IMG/VR virus record: IMGVR_UViG_3300036770_008715
Coordinates: 32,001-96,000 of that record
DNA from: a virus
Direction: 5' to 3' (one strand)
DNA length: 64,000 nucleotides
Shown one piece after another: positions 48,025-58,008 of the stretch. The first letter of the stretch is position 1, and each line of letters starts with the position of its first letter. Position numbers and translations under genes: made by a program. The notes beneath the pieces were generated by a model. That model saw nothing but the letters and a program-made list of their open reading frames with translations, had not been told where the DNA came from and did not search any database.

Positions 48025-50724
48025 TTACCCCAAGAACGTAAAGTCTAACGATGTCGCACTCGCGTTATATGATACTCTGAATTTAGAGTTTGAGAATTGG
48101 TTGTTAGACTGTTCGCCACCAAAGTATAGATTACTTGTTCCTGGCAATCTTAGCTGAGAACCGACAGAAACAAGGTTAGCGGCAGTATTGTAGTAGAAAT
48201 TAGAATCGCCACCAAAAGCGCCATTGTTATTGTACTGTATTTGAGTATTTGCTCCGCCAGGAGAGCCGCCTGATGTAAACTGGATATTTGCATTGCCTTC
48301 TATTCCTGCTGTTACTGTAACAGTTACTGTTGCGCTATTAATAAAATTCAGAGCATTGGCTGTTACTGTTGAACCGCTGTTGGCTGAAACAGCAAAGTTT
48401 GCAATTCCAGAAGATCCTGGAGCTCCTTGGACACCTTGATGACCTTGCACTCCAGTTCCAGTTTGCCCTTGAGCGCCCTGAGATCCTTGAATCCCCTGGA
48501 ACCCTTGCGCTCCAACTGCACCTTGAATACCTTGGAAACCTTGGGCACCTATTGCTCCCTGGGCACCTGCTGCGCCTTGAATACCTTGAAAACCTTGTCT
48601 ACCTTGGGCTCCCTGAATACCTTGGAAACCTTGTGCCCCAACAACTCCCTGAGCGCCAGCGGCTCCTTGTATTCCCTGGAAACCTTGGGCACCTACTGCT
48701 CCCTGGGCACCAGTTGCTCCCTGTGGTCCTTGGGTTCCTGGAGTACCTGCTAGGTTAATAGTCCAAAAGGTAAATGTGCCTGAACCACTAGTGCTAGTAA
48801 CATTAATATCAAGAGAACCAGTTCCACCATTATAAGTGGAGACTGTTCCTTCCATATAGTTTGTTGAGTTATTAGCCGCTCGAACAGTTTGAGAAGTAGA
48901 ATATGCTAGACCAGTATCTACTGTAAATACTTTTGAACCAGTACCTATGGTTTGGCTAGTAGTACTGGTGGTGGCATATTTGTCGCCAGCAATACCTTGA
49001 ATACCTTGAGAACCTTGAGCACCAGTTGTTCCTTGAAATCCTTGTGCGCCTTGGATACCTTGAAACCCTTGAGCCCCAACAGCTCCTTGAGCACCAGTTG
49101 TTCCTTGAAATCCTTGTGCACCCTGAATACCTTGAGACCCTTGAGCCCCAACAGTTCCCTGTGCCCCAACAACACCTTGGGCGCCAGCGGATCCTTGTAT
49201 CCCCTGGAAGCCTTGGGCACCTACTGTTCCTTGCGCCCCAGTAACTCCTTGCGCACCAGTGGCACCTTGAATTCCCTGAAATCCTTGTGCGCCAGTAGCT
49301 CCCTGGGCACCAGCATCACCTTGAATACCCTGGAACCCTTGCGAACCCTGAATACCTTGAGAACCTTGAGTTCCTGTTGCTCCCTGAAATCCTTGTGCTC
49401 CCTGAATACCTTGAGAACCTTGAGTTCCTGTTGCTCCCTGAATACCTTGAGAACCTTGAGTTCCTGTTGCTCCCTGGAACCCTTGCGAACCCTGAATACC
49501 TTGAGAACCTTGAGTTCCTGTTGCTCCCTGAAATCCTTGTGCGCCCTGAATACCTTGGAATCCTTGAGCTCCAGCAACTCCCTGGAATCCTTGTGCACCA
49601 ACAGCACCTTGGACTCCTTGGAACCCTTGTGGACCAGCTGATCCTTGAATTCCCTGGAATCCTTGTCTACCCTGAGCGCCTTGTATACCTTGGAAGCCTT
49701 GAGCTCCAATAGCACCTTGAGCGCCAGTTGCTCCCTGTGGTCCCTGGGTTCCAGGAGTTCCAGCAAGGTTAATTGTCCAAAAGGTAAATGTTCCGCTTCC
49801 GCTGGTTGACGTTACGTTAATATCAATAGAACCAGTTCCACTGTTGTATGTGGATACGGAACCTTCCATATAATTTGTTGCGGTATTCGCAGCACGAACA
49901 GTCTGGGAAGTAGAATATGCTAGTCCAGTTGCAACAGTGAATACCTTAGATCCAGTACCAATCGTTTGAGATGTTGTACTAGTGGTTGCATACTTATCGC
50001 CAGCAATACCTTGAATTCCCTGAGAACCTTGGGCTCCAGCAACTCCCTGGAAACCCTGAGAACCTTGAATACCTTGGAAACCTTGGGCTCCAACAACACC
50101 CTGAAACCCTTGTGAACCTTGGATGCCCTGGAATCCTTGTCTACCTTGTGCTCCCTGAATACCTTGGAATCCTTGTCTACCTTGTGCACCCTGAATACCT
50201 TGAGAACCTTGAGTTCCTGTTGCTCCCTGGAACCCTTGCGAACCCTGAATACCTTGGAAACCTTGGGGTCCAGCGGCTCCTTGAATTCCTTGAGAACCCT
50301 GAATACCTTGGAATCCTTGGGGTCCAGCGGCTCCTTGAATTCCCTGAGAACCTTGGGCTCCAGCAACTCCCTGGAAACCCTGAGAACCTTGAATACCTTG
50401 GAAACCTTGGGGTCCAGCAACACCCTGAAATCCTTGTGCGCCTTGAATACCTTGGAAACCTTGTACTCCAGTTGCTCCTTGAAATCCTTGTGCGCCAGGT
50501 AGACCAATTGGACCTTGATCGCCCTGATTACCTTGAACCCCTTGGGCACCTTGTACGCCTTGAGATCCTTGGACGCCCTGTTCGCCCTGAACTCCAGGAG
50601 CTCCTTGTGGGCCAACAGTATTGGTTGCGAAAGATACCCAGGATGTACCATTCCACTTCCAAATCTTTCCGTTGGAAGTGAAAATCTCATTAAGAGCTGG
50701 ATTATCTGGGAAATTGATTGCCAT
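48025..50724 (-). CDS. collagen-like fibre protein (three Gly-X-Gln tracts)
   Basis: MAINFPDNP...WKWNGTSW N-terminus, long GXQ tracts split by two copies of the ~90 aa domain, C-terminal LDFTFLG. Confidence 0.88.
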   Translation of the reverse strand: MAINFPDNPALNEIFTSNGKIWKWNGTSWVSFATNTVGPQGAPGVQGEQGVQGSQGVQGAQGVQGNQGDQGPIGLPGAQGFQGATGVQGFQGIQGAQGFQGVAGPQGFQGIQGSQGFQGVAGAQGSQGIQGAAGPQGFQGIQGSQGIQGAAGPQGFQGIQGSQGFQGATGTQGSQGIQGAQGRQGFQGIQGAQGRQGFQGIQGSQGFQGVVGAQGFQGIQGSQGFQGVAGAQGSQGIQGIAGDKYATTSTTSQTIGTGSKVFTVATGLAYSTSQTVRAANTATNYMEGSVSTYNSGTGSIDINVTSTSGSGTFTFWTINLAGTPGTQGPQGATGAQGAIGAQGFQGIQGAQGRQGFQGIQGSAGPQGFQGVQGAVGAQGFQGVAGAQGFQGIQGAQGFQGATGTQGSQGIQGSQGFQGATGTQGSQGIQGATGTQGSQGIQGAQGFQGATGTQGSQGIQGSQGFQGIQGDAGAQGATGAQGFQGIQGATGAQGVTGAQGTVGAQGFQGIQGSAGAQGVVGAQGTVGAQGSQGIQGAQGFQGTTGAQGAVGAQGFQGIQGAQGFQGTTGAQGSQGIQGIAGDKYATTSTTSQTIGTGSKVFTVDTGLAYSTSQTVRAANNSTNYMEGTVSTYNGGTGSLDINVTSTSGSGTFTFWTINLAGTPGTQGPQGATGAQGAVGAQGFQGIQGAAGAQGVVGAQGFQGIQGAQGRQGFQGIQGAAGAQGAIGAQGFQGIQGAVGAQGFQGIQGSQGAQGQTGTGVQGHQGVQGAPGSSGIANFAVSANSGSTVTANALNFINSATVTVTVTAGIEGNANIQFTSGGSPGGANTQIQYNNNGAFGGDSNFYYNTAANLVSVGSQLRLPGTSNLYFGGEQSNNQFSNSKFRVSYNASATSLDFTFLG
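48718..50001 (-). repeat. two copies of the ~90 aa collagen-interrupting domain (48718-48987, 49732-50001)
   Basis: Near-identical protein sequences with mostly synonymous DNA differences. Confidence 0.9.
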
Positions 50725-53700
50725 TTAGTCTACCGTTCTCGTGGCTTTTAGTGTCTTACCAGCATCAAAGTGAATATAGAATCCATCTTCAGGCGAAGTC
50801 CAAGAAGCATCAGTATATCCGCCAATCAGAATATTATCACCATCAAGAGCGCAGCAGGATCCAATATCACCACCAGTTGTGCCAGTCTGGTATCTAGCGA
50901 AGTTTCCAGTATTTAGGTCGCAAATGGCTACAAGCAAATCAGATCCACCAACCGAAGTTCCAACACCAGAAACAACACCAGCCGTTGATCCTACGATAAC
51001 AACTGTATTGGACTCAGGCAAAAATGTTGATACTCTACCATTAGTATCAAGAATTTCCGAAGAAACAGTACCTGTTTGGTATGCAACGTTGAATGTATTT
51101 GATCTGTAATTATAGATCACAACACCAATATCATCTGCTCCAGCAGATGTAGTTATAATTGGAGTCAAGTTATCTGTTGTCTGGTATACTAGAGCAATCT
51201 GGCCGCCACCAATATCGTGCAAGTTAACTGCTTTATCGTCACCATCGCCGCCGATCTGATTATGCTTAAAGGTATTTGATGTTGTATCAAGAATAGAAAC
51301 TAGAATGTCATAAACACCATATTGCGTTCCGCCAATATTACTGGTTGTTCGACCACAAACTGCAACGTTGCCGTCTTCAAGTTTTGTGATGGCATAATAT
51401 TCTTCGTCTAGATTAGTTCCTGTCTGGTAGAATTCAAATTCTCTGCCTGCAGGCTTGCTTTCGTCGAATCGAATAATTAGACCATCATATACTCCAGAAC
51501 CTCCAGTGTTTTTCTTACCAACATCGCCTGAGGTCTGGCAGATAAAGTAGAATACATTATCTGAATATTGCACTAGGTCATATCCGAAAATATTACCATC
51601 GTCAGCAATAGAGTCGCCGACTGTTCCGACAACATAGAACTTTGTAAATGCTTCGCTATCATACATTGGCAGATAGTCACGATGCTCAGCATGTTCTGGA
51701 TCATTCATATGCTGCTGAGCTTTGTCTAGGTCAAAGACAGCAAGAACAAAGTTCCACAATCCGCTTGATCCATCAAATATGGATTGCTGTATTGTTTCAA
51801 TTGAACCTACTGTGTGAGATGGCGTAGTAATAGCCAGTGTGCTATTTGTTATTGATGGTGCTATACCAACAGGCGATGCAGTTCCAGCAAAACTTTCTTG
51901 TGGATAGGTGTCATACAAGAAGTTAAATGTAATATCCAGATCTAGGTGGCAAACACCAGTACCAAATCCTTTACGCCAGAATCGAGTTAATAGACCGTTC
52001 TCCTGGAAGAATGGATCTTGGGCAAAGTTAGTGCCGCAAACATAGATGTTGTCATTCAGATGATCCATCGTACAACCAAGGAAATTAGTATCATATACAT
52101 CCATCGATGGATTGAAATACTTTAACCAATTTTTCCAGAGCGAAGTTCCCGATTGATCGAATCCAAATATGAATCCTCGGTTCTTCACTTCGCTCATCAT
52201 ATGATGTTCTATTCGAGAAATCTGATTCTCATAACCTACAGCATAGATGTAATTCTCATTATCTACAGTAACTCCAGTAAATTGGGAATCAATATTAACT
52301 GACTGAACCCACTGTTGAGTACCAATAGAATCAAACTTAATAATAGTTGCATTTGGCGTGGTATTGGCGCCGACAGCAATTACGTTTCCGCCAGCATCAA
52401 CAGCAAGACTATTGTAATTAATTGTGCTAGATTCTCTGGCCCATACGAGCGATCCACTGCTGGTTAATTTGAATACTTTATTATTACCAGCTGCATATAC
52501 ATTATTTGACGAATCAACTGTTACTTGTTTTAGCTGGAAATCTGGAACTTTCTTTTGCCAAACTTGAACGCCATTAGTTTCAAGTTTAACAATATAACTA
52601 TTATTAGTTTCTTTGAGGCCAAGGTACAAATATTCGCCAGAGGCTTTGATGCTTTCAATTTGTTGATCGCCGCTCGTATCAATAGTACGTGTCCAGACTG
52701 GCTGGCCATTACTCAAAAATTTAGCATACAATCCAGCTTTACCCGAACCTTCTGTCGTCGATCCGCCAACATAAATTGAATCTGTTGAATCAATTGTAAC
52801 TGCAAATCCTGAATCAATACTAGAATTCTCTAATGTTTTAGTCCAATCGATTTCAAGATTAGCTGTGAACTTAGTCAAAACTAATTTATCGTCTGCCGAA
52901 GAACCGACTGTTACAACAAGACCATTACTGTCTACTGCAACACCGCGATATATTGTATTGGCGTCGTTATAATATGTGGTTCGAACAAAAGGATGAACTC
53001 TTGTTTCTTTTAAATCAATTAACTGGCTCTTGGTGTAGCCAGTGAGATATATTAAGTTTGTATTGGCTCGTAGCTGCATTCCAGTAAAATAGTCTTGACC
53101 TGGACCGCCTGCGCAATAATAATCGCCGCCACCTTGTTCTTCGTCGCCATTATAAATGGTAACCATAAAATCATCGAAACCAAGGTTGCCTTCATTCTCT
53201 TCTATCTTACCGCAGAATACCATTCGACCATCATTCAGAGCAAGAACGTCATAGAAGTATTCACCGCCGCCAACACCAGCAGTTGATTTCTTTTTATAGA
53301 ATTGAGGAGATGCCAAATCATACTGGAAAACTGCATTTCCTGTTGGAATTGGATCTGGCTCTTCTTCATTAATTCTTCGCCAAGTCTGAGATTCTAATTC
53401 ATATTGGACATAGCCAATTGTACCTGCTGGCCTTAGAATAAAAGCATTATTGGCAACATCAAAATCAAAGTGTGGGTATATTTGTCTAGTGAAGTTAATT
53501 TGAAAACCATAAACTCCTTGGCCTTGGTATGTTCCAGTAACGTCTTTATCGCCACTTAATATGGTATAGAATCTTCTTTCCGATGCTCTATATGAAATGC
53601 CATGTACTCTGAGTGGATTACTACCACTTCCATTGGTTACTATTTGACCTTCGTCAATCCACTCAGCGCCATCAAATCTGTATAAACTAACACCATCAGA

Positions 53701-54792
53701 TTCTCCGACAACTGCATATAATTCATTACTAACCACTATTAAATGGCAATCGGGTTTAATTGTAACTCCTGTCTGAATAGTTGATACTACAATTGTACCA
53801 GCAGCAAGAGTATCAGCTGAAGTGATCTCCCAGATTTTGAGATCATATCCGCTGGATGGATTATTATAGATGACTGGAATATAAAGTTTGTCTGCTATTA
53901 ATTCTCCGCAGGAAGCTCTGAATGGATACTCAGCAATGTTAGTGTTGTTGACATAAATTGGATCTGCTAAGTCATAAGTTCCTAGGCTGACTTCGGCAGT
54001 AAATGTTCTTGTCGATAGCACATATGTTCTACTATAGACTTTCCATTGAGTAGAATCTGCTGCAATATAAAACGCATGGTATCTATTGGAAGAACCTTTA
54101 TGCATCCCGCCTATGATATGATTCTGCACTGTATTAGCTGGTAGAATTACATCTAGGTGTGAAGAGTGCGCACCACCAACGCTTGGCTGGTGAATTCGAG
54201 CCAGAACCGATTGATATTCTGTCATACCAGAAGTAGTTTCTGTGTAGATCAAATATCCATAATGCGGATCGGCATCACTAATAAACTTTCCGTCTGTAAA
54301 TGTAATTCTTCCATTTGAAAAATCATTTTCATATGCATCTGGATTATGTTGGTGGTATTGGAAATAACTCCAGTCTTCACCTTCGTTTTGCAGCAATCTG
54401 TCCCAGTAAAATGGCGTATCGTCTTGGGCACTTCTAATAGTTCCAAGATGCGCAAAGAACATTGCGTCTTCTTCGGTAAGGCCAGTCACTTCGTTGATAT
54501 TTGGGCCAATGTGAGAAACTGAAGAGTTGTGATATTCTCTTACCACTCCATCCCAAGTTTCAGTTATAATCTCAAAAGAACCGTTCATTGGCAACGATTC
54601 TAATCCTGGAGTTATTGGCAGCTGCTCATTGAATCGATATGGTATTACTTCGTCGTCGTCTTTATCAGTGTAACTTCCTGGTAATGCTTTAATCCAGTAA
54701 CCAGCACTCATTCCTGGAATAGCAGGATGGCTTAATACTTGGCTGGCCAAATTTACTGATTGGATTACTGTCGAAGTATTAACTGTTGCCAT
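50725..54792 (-). CDS. large multi-beta-propeller protein
   Basis: SBBP-like blades GVAVDSNG, VTIDSTDSIYVGG, VTVDSSNNVYAAG, LAVDAGGNVIAVG, VTVDNENYIYAVG; acidic; His clusters. Confidence 0.78.
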   Translation of the reverse strand: MATVNTSTVIQSVNLASQVLSHPAIPGMSAGYWIKALPGSYTDKDDDEVIPYRFNEQLPITPGLESLPMNGSFEIITETWDGVVREYHNSSVSHIGPNINEVTGLTEEDAMFFAHLGTIRSAQDDTPFYWDRLLQNEGEDWSYFQYHQHNPDAYENDFSNGRITFTDGKFISDADPHYGYLIYTETTSGMTEYQSVLARIHQPSVGGAHSSHLDVILPANTVQNHIIGGMHKGSSNRYHAFYIAADSTQWKVYSRTYVLSTRTFTAEVSLGTYDLADPIYVNNTNIAEYPFRASCGELIADKLYIPVIYNNPSSGYDLKIWEITSADTLAAGTIVVSTIQTGVTIKPDCHLIVVSNELYAVVGESDGVSLYRFDGAEWIDEGQIVTNGSGSNPLRVHGISYRASERRFYTILSGDKDVTGTYQGQGVYGFQINFTRQIYPHFDFDVANNAFILRPAGTIGYVQYELESQTWRRINEEEPDPIPTGNAVFQYDLASPQFYKKKSTAGVGGGEYFYDVLALNDGRMVFCGKIEENEGNLGFDDFMVTIYNGDEEQGGGDYYCAGGPGQDYFTGMQLRANTNLIYLTGYTKSQLIDLKETRVHPFVRTTYYNDANTIYRGVAVDSNGLVVTVGSSADDKLVLTKFTANLEIDWTKTLENSSIDSGFAVTIDSTDSIYVGGSTTEGSGKAGLYAKFLSNGQPVWTRTIDTSGDQQIESIKASGEYLYLGLKETNNSYIVKLETNGVQVWQKKVPDFQLKQVTVDSSNNVYAAGNNKVFKLTSSGSLVWARESSTINYNSLAVDAGGNVIAVGANTTPNATIIKFDSIGTQQWVQSVNIDSQFTGVTVDNENYIYAVGYENQISRIEHHMMSEVKNRGFIFGFDQSGTSLWKNWLKYFNPSMDVYDTNFLGCTMDHLNDNIYVCGTNFAQDPFFQENGLLTRFWRKGFGTGVCHLDLDITFNFLYDTYPQESFAGTASPVGIAPSITNSTLAITTPSHTVGSIETIQQSIFDGSSGLWNFVLAVFDLDKAQQHMNDPEHAEHRDYLPMYDSEAFTKFYVVGTVGDSIADDGNIFGYDLVQYSDNVFYFICQTSGDVGKKNTGGSGVYDGLIIRFDESKPAGREFEFYQTGTNLDEEYYAITKLEDGNVAVCGRTTSNIGGTQYGVYDILVSILDTTSNTFKHNQIGGDGDDKAVNLHDIGGGQIALVYQTTDNLTPIITTSAGADDIGVVIYNYRSNTFNVAYQTGTVSSEILDTNGRVSTFLPESNTVVIVGSTAGVVSGVGTSVGGSDLLVAICDLNTGNFARYQTGTTGGDIGSCCALDGDNILIGGYTDASWTSPEDGFYIHFDAGKTLKATRTVD

Positions 54793-55453
54793 TGAAATCT
54801 AACCAAGTATGGGTTGGTTCTAAAGCTCGCCAAGCTGATAATGGCTTAACATTGAATTCAGGAAACGCTTCTTGCGCTACAATATGTATTACATTTGTTG
54901 CTATTCGTTCGCAGTTTCTTAAAAAAGGATCTAATTCATTATCAGCATAGGAGGTTAATACATCTTCAGTTATGATATAATCGAATCGATTTATTTTCGT
55001 TTTTCTTTGAACGTCATTCATAAACCTCGGCGAACCAAGATCAATATCATGCACTGCGATAGTAGATTCAAGACGTTTTTGTTGCTGAATATATCTTGAG
55101 TTATCAAATCCCCAAGCATTCATTTCTAGTTTGTTTAATTCTTCGACAAGGAATCCAAATGCGCAACCAGCAACTAGAATAGTTGAACCTTCTGGTAAAT
55201 TTAATCCGTTAACTATATTGGCAGCTCTTGTAGTAAACAGTGGATAATCCTCGAAGAATAATCGAGAATATGTCATATTATATCTGTCGTCTACTTGGGC
55301 TCGACTTGGCTCTGGTCTGGTTGGTGGATTCTGGCATTTGCAATAGAGCATTTCAGCTTTGGGGCAACGAGTCCACCCACTAGGATAAATGGGATCATAC
55401 CTATGTTTTTTATAGGACCGCTTAAATCCCAACTCGTCCCAGTCGTATGCCAT
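54779..55453 (-). CDS. class I SAM-dependent methyltransferase-like protein
   Basis: TILVAGCAFGFLV motif I, AWGFDNS motif II, FDYIITEDVL. Confidence 0.75.
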   Translation of the reverse strand: MAYDWDELGFKRSYKKHRYDPIYPSGWTRCPKAEMLYCKCQNPPTRPEPSRAQVDDRYNMTYSRLFFEDYPLFTTRAANIVNGLNLPEGSTILVAGCAFGFLVEELNKLEMNAWGFDNSRYIQQQKRLESTIAVHDIDLGSPRFMNDVQRKTKINRFDYIITEDVLTSYADNELDPFLRNCERIATNVIHIVAQEAFPEFNVKPLSAWRALEPTHTWLDFNGNS

Positions 55454-55455
55454 GA

Positions 55456-55824
55456 TTATTGACCTGAGATTACTATGCCAGGTCTAAACAAAAGAGTTGT
55501 TGAATTTAGGGCAAATCCAACATATAAAGCTCTAACTGTTGAGGATGGAGTTGGCGCTGAGGCAGTTAATGACCCATCAGCTCCAAGAAAATATGCCGAT
55601 GATGCAGTTAATCCAGTAAATCCAGCAACAACACCTTGGGCATAATAGACATTATTTTGTTTGAGAAGAATAGAATTTAATTGGGCCACTGAGTTATTAT
55701 ATGAGGCATCAACAACAGTATTACTTGTTGTAACTCGAACAATTCTACCATTAGTACCACCAGATAATCCTGGTACTGTAATTGCACTTGCTGTAACTAA
55801 TGCAGTTGATTTGACGAATGCCAT
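55456..55824 (-). CDS. small virion structural protein
   Basis: 122 aa; GLTASSAYFLGADGSL...VGFALNSTTL resembles small capsid-fibre/decoration beta domains. Confidence 0.6.
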   Translation of the reverse strand: MAFVKSTALVTASAITVPGLSGGTNGRIVRVTTSNTVVDASYNNSVAQLNSILLKQNNVYYAQGVVAGFTGLTASSAYFLGADGSLTASAPTPSSTVRALYVGFALNSTTLLFRPGIVISGQ

Positions 55825-56781
55825 TTAAATTCCTACCCTTGTTACTGTTATGTATGAATCAGAAGATATTGCGCCTGCCGATCCAGATTCTGCTGCTTCT
55901 ACTCTTAGATAATCGTTAGTATTTAACTTAATAATTTCATCATATGAAATGAAATCATTTGGGCTAAGAGTTATAGACTCTAGAGTCGAAGAATTATTCT
56001 TTCTAAGATTAATTGTATACGAATCAGTAGAACCGCCAGATTCAGTTGCAACATACAGCTGGACTCGATAATATCCTGTTGTATATATTGAGACATTTGT
56101 CGATTGCTCAGAAGTCCAATATACGTTTCCTGAAACATCAGCATTAACATTAAACTCAGTATTATCCCATTGTATTGCAGTATTAACATTGGTTAAATTT
56201 TCAACTGAGTTTAATTTGGTCTTGACACCGCTGAATAGGTTATATGTATTAAACGTTGTTGTCGATGCTGCAGATCCAAATAGTGTAAACTCACAGATTG
56301 TATCTGTAGTTATAACGCCAGAAGCAGTCGACTCAGAAACAAATATTTCAACATAATCACCCAACCCAAAAAAGACAATTTCATCATAGACTGTAGCTTG
56401 GTTGGGGCCTGAGTTTGTGGTTGATATTACTGTCGTTCCATTCTTTTTAATTTCAATAGTATAGCTGTTACCAGAACCAGTCGATCCAGTAAAAAGATTT
56501 AGATGCACATTATAAAAGCCAGCATCTTTGGCTGTAAATCTAGTTGGGTTTAATGTAGAAAATAATTCGCCTTGATTATATTCAATTGAGCTCCAGCTAA
56601 TAGCAGATGGAGTTGCGGCCAAATTAAGATTAGAAAGCAATTCAACTTTAGCTCCATTAAAGATTCTAAAGCTAGAACCTAGATAAGGCTCCCAGCCGAA
56701 GCCATTATATTTCCAGACCGTTCCGTTCTGATCAGAATATTGTTGGCCAATAGTTGGAGAAGCAGGAAATGACAGTGGCAT
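55825..56781 (-). CDS. virion protein with two C1q/TNF-like domains
   Basis: Tandem RFTAKDAGFYNV / SIYTTGYYRV and GDYVEIF / NDYLRVE patterns; N-terminal FP..P...W.YNG..W motif. Confidence 0.7.
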   Translation of the reverse strand: MPLSFPASPTIGQQYSDQNGTVWKYNGFGWEPYLGSSFRIFNGAKVELLSNLNLAATPSAISWSSIEYNQGELFSTLNPTRFTAKDAGFYNVHLNLFTGSTGSGNSYTIEIKKNGTTVISTTNSGPNQATVYDEIVFFGLGDYVEIFVSESTASGVITTDTICEFTLFGSAASTTTFNTYNLFSGVKTKLNSVENLTNVNTAIQWDNTEFNVNADVSGNVYWTSEQSTNVSIYTTGYYRVQLYVATESGGSTDSYTINLRKNNSSTLESITLSPNDFISYDEIIKLNTNDYLRVEAAESGSAGAISSDSYITVTRVGI

Positions 56782-57647
56782 TATGCTCTCCTGAAATAGA
56801 AAGTTATTTTTAAACCAGTGGCATCTGTGGCACCATCGTCAATATCAATTGTAAATCTGTCGTCTTCAACTACAGTAGCATCAACAACTGTACTTTGAAC
56901 TGCAGCATTATAAGAGCTCCAGTCACCTGGATCGATTGTTATTTTATTGGCGCCAAGAATAGAAGTGCCGTTTTTATTTACATCGACAGTTACAGTGCCC
57001 GATGTTGCAACGTTTGTTAGTGTAACCTTTGGGACCTGAGTCAGAATAAAATCAAATGGTGGCCTAAGAGTTGCTACATCTGTTCTGGCTGTTAATGGAG
57101 TTGTTTCATCAGACAAAGGATAGATAAAGAACTCGGGATAAAAAACTTTTGCAGTATATGTATTATTCAGACTATCAACAATTGATATTGCTGAGTTAAC
57201 GTTAGACCAAGTAAATGATACAATGTTTGCGCCAGGATCGCCTTTGTTTACTGGGTCTGAGAATAGAACCCAGGAGTTTGAAACTCCGTCGCTATAATAG
57301 ATGTAGGACTTGGCTGTATTAGAATTAAACCAGACTTCACCGACTTTTGGCGAAGCTGGAACAGAATTGGCAATGGTGAACTTACCATTATCGCCTGCTG
57401 GGCCTTGAGGTCCAACCGTTGTTGTAAACGCATCAACCCACTGATTTGATGTTCCATCGCTATAATAGATTTTTAGAACACCTTCGTTGCTTGAATACCA
57501 AAGTGAATTGGCCGAAACGTTGGCTGGAACTATGTCAGAAACAATGATATTGGCAGATCCTGTTCCTCCGCCTCCAAACACACCAATGCCGCCTGTTCGG
57601 ATTTTTACCAATCCGACATCGGTTTCTGTCGAGACAGTTACCTTCAT
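56781..57647 (-). CDS. virion fibre hub-like protein
   Basis: Two copies of P.....W..S.....IYYSDG.SN.WV separated by GPQGPAG; C-terminal beta domain. Confidence 0.7.
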   Translation of the reverse strand: MKVTVSTETDVGLVKIRTGGIGVFGGGGTGSANIIVSDIVPANVSANSLWYSSNEGVLKIYYSDGTSNQWVDAFTTTVGPQGPAGDNGKFTIANSVPASPKVGEVWFNSNTAKSYIYYSDGVSNSWVLFSDPVNKGDPGANIVSFTWSNVNSAISIVDSLNNTYTAKVFYPEFFIYPLSDETTPLTARTDVATLRPPFDFILTQVPKVTLTNVATSGTVTVDVNKNGTSILGANKITIDPGDWSSYNAAVQSTVVDATVVEDDRFTIDIDDGATDATGLKITFYFRRA

Positions 57648-57976
57648 TAGCGACTAACCTGTGGAGTAACTGTAATTATCCCTTCAATAATTCTAGTTGT
57701 GGTATTACCTGATGTCATCTTAAGATCGTAGAGATAACGGCCAGCCTTGATATTAGCTGTCTGTTCAGCTGGCAGCGATAAAGAAATTTTTGCATTAGCT
57801 TGGCTAACAACAGAAACTATAAGATTCGCAGTAGCTGAAGTGGAATAATAAGACTTTCTTATTTGAGATTGGAACGTTGCATCAGCTATATTTACTGGAG
57901 TGCCATCGTCATTTGCAAGATCCAGTGATGCTAGAAACGTTGCGCCTTGGTCTAAAGTTAGCTCTGCATAAGCCAT
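57647..57976 (-). CDS. conserved T4-like virion structural protein (Ig-like)
   Basis: LDQGATF, QIRKSYYS, T..IKAGRYLYD, RIIEGIITVTPQV. Confidence 0.8.
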   Translation of the reverse strand: MAYAELTLDQGATFLASLDLANDDGTPVNIADATFQSQIRKSYYSTSATANLIVSVVSQANAKISLSLPAEQTANIKAGRYLYDLKMTSGNTTTRIIEGIITVTPQVSR

Positions 57977-58008
57977 TCTGCTTCTCTGGGATGATTATAA
58001 GATATTTC

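Noticed and set aside
32288-50001. Possible diversity-generating retroelement template/variable repeats
   Set aside because: Differences are mostly synonymous and not adenine-specific; all copies are in-frame coding; no reverse transcriptase in the window
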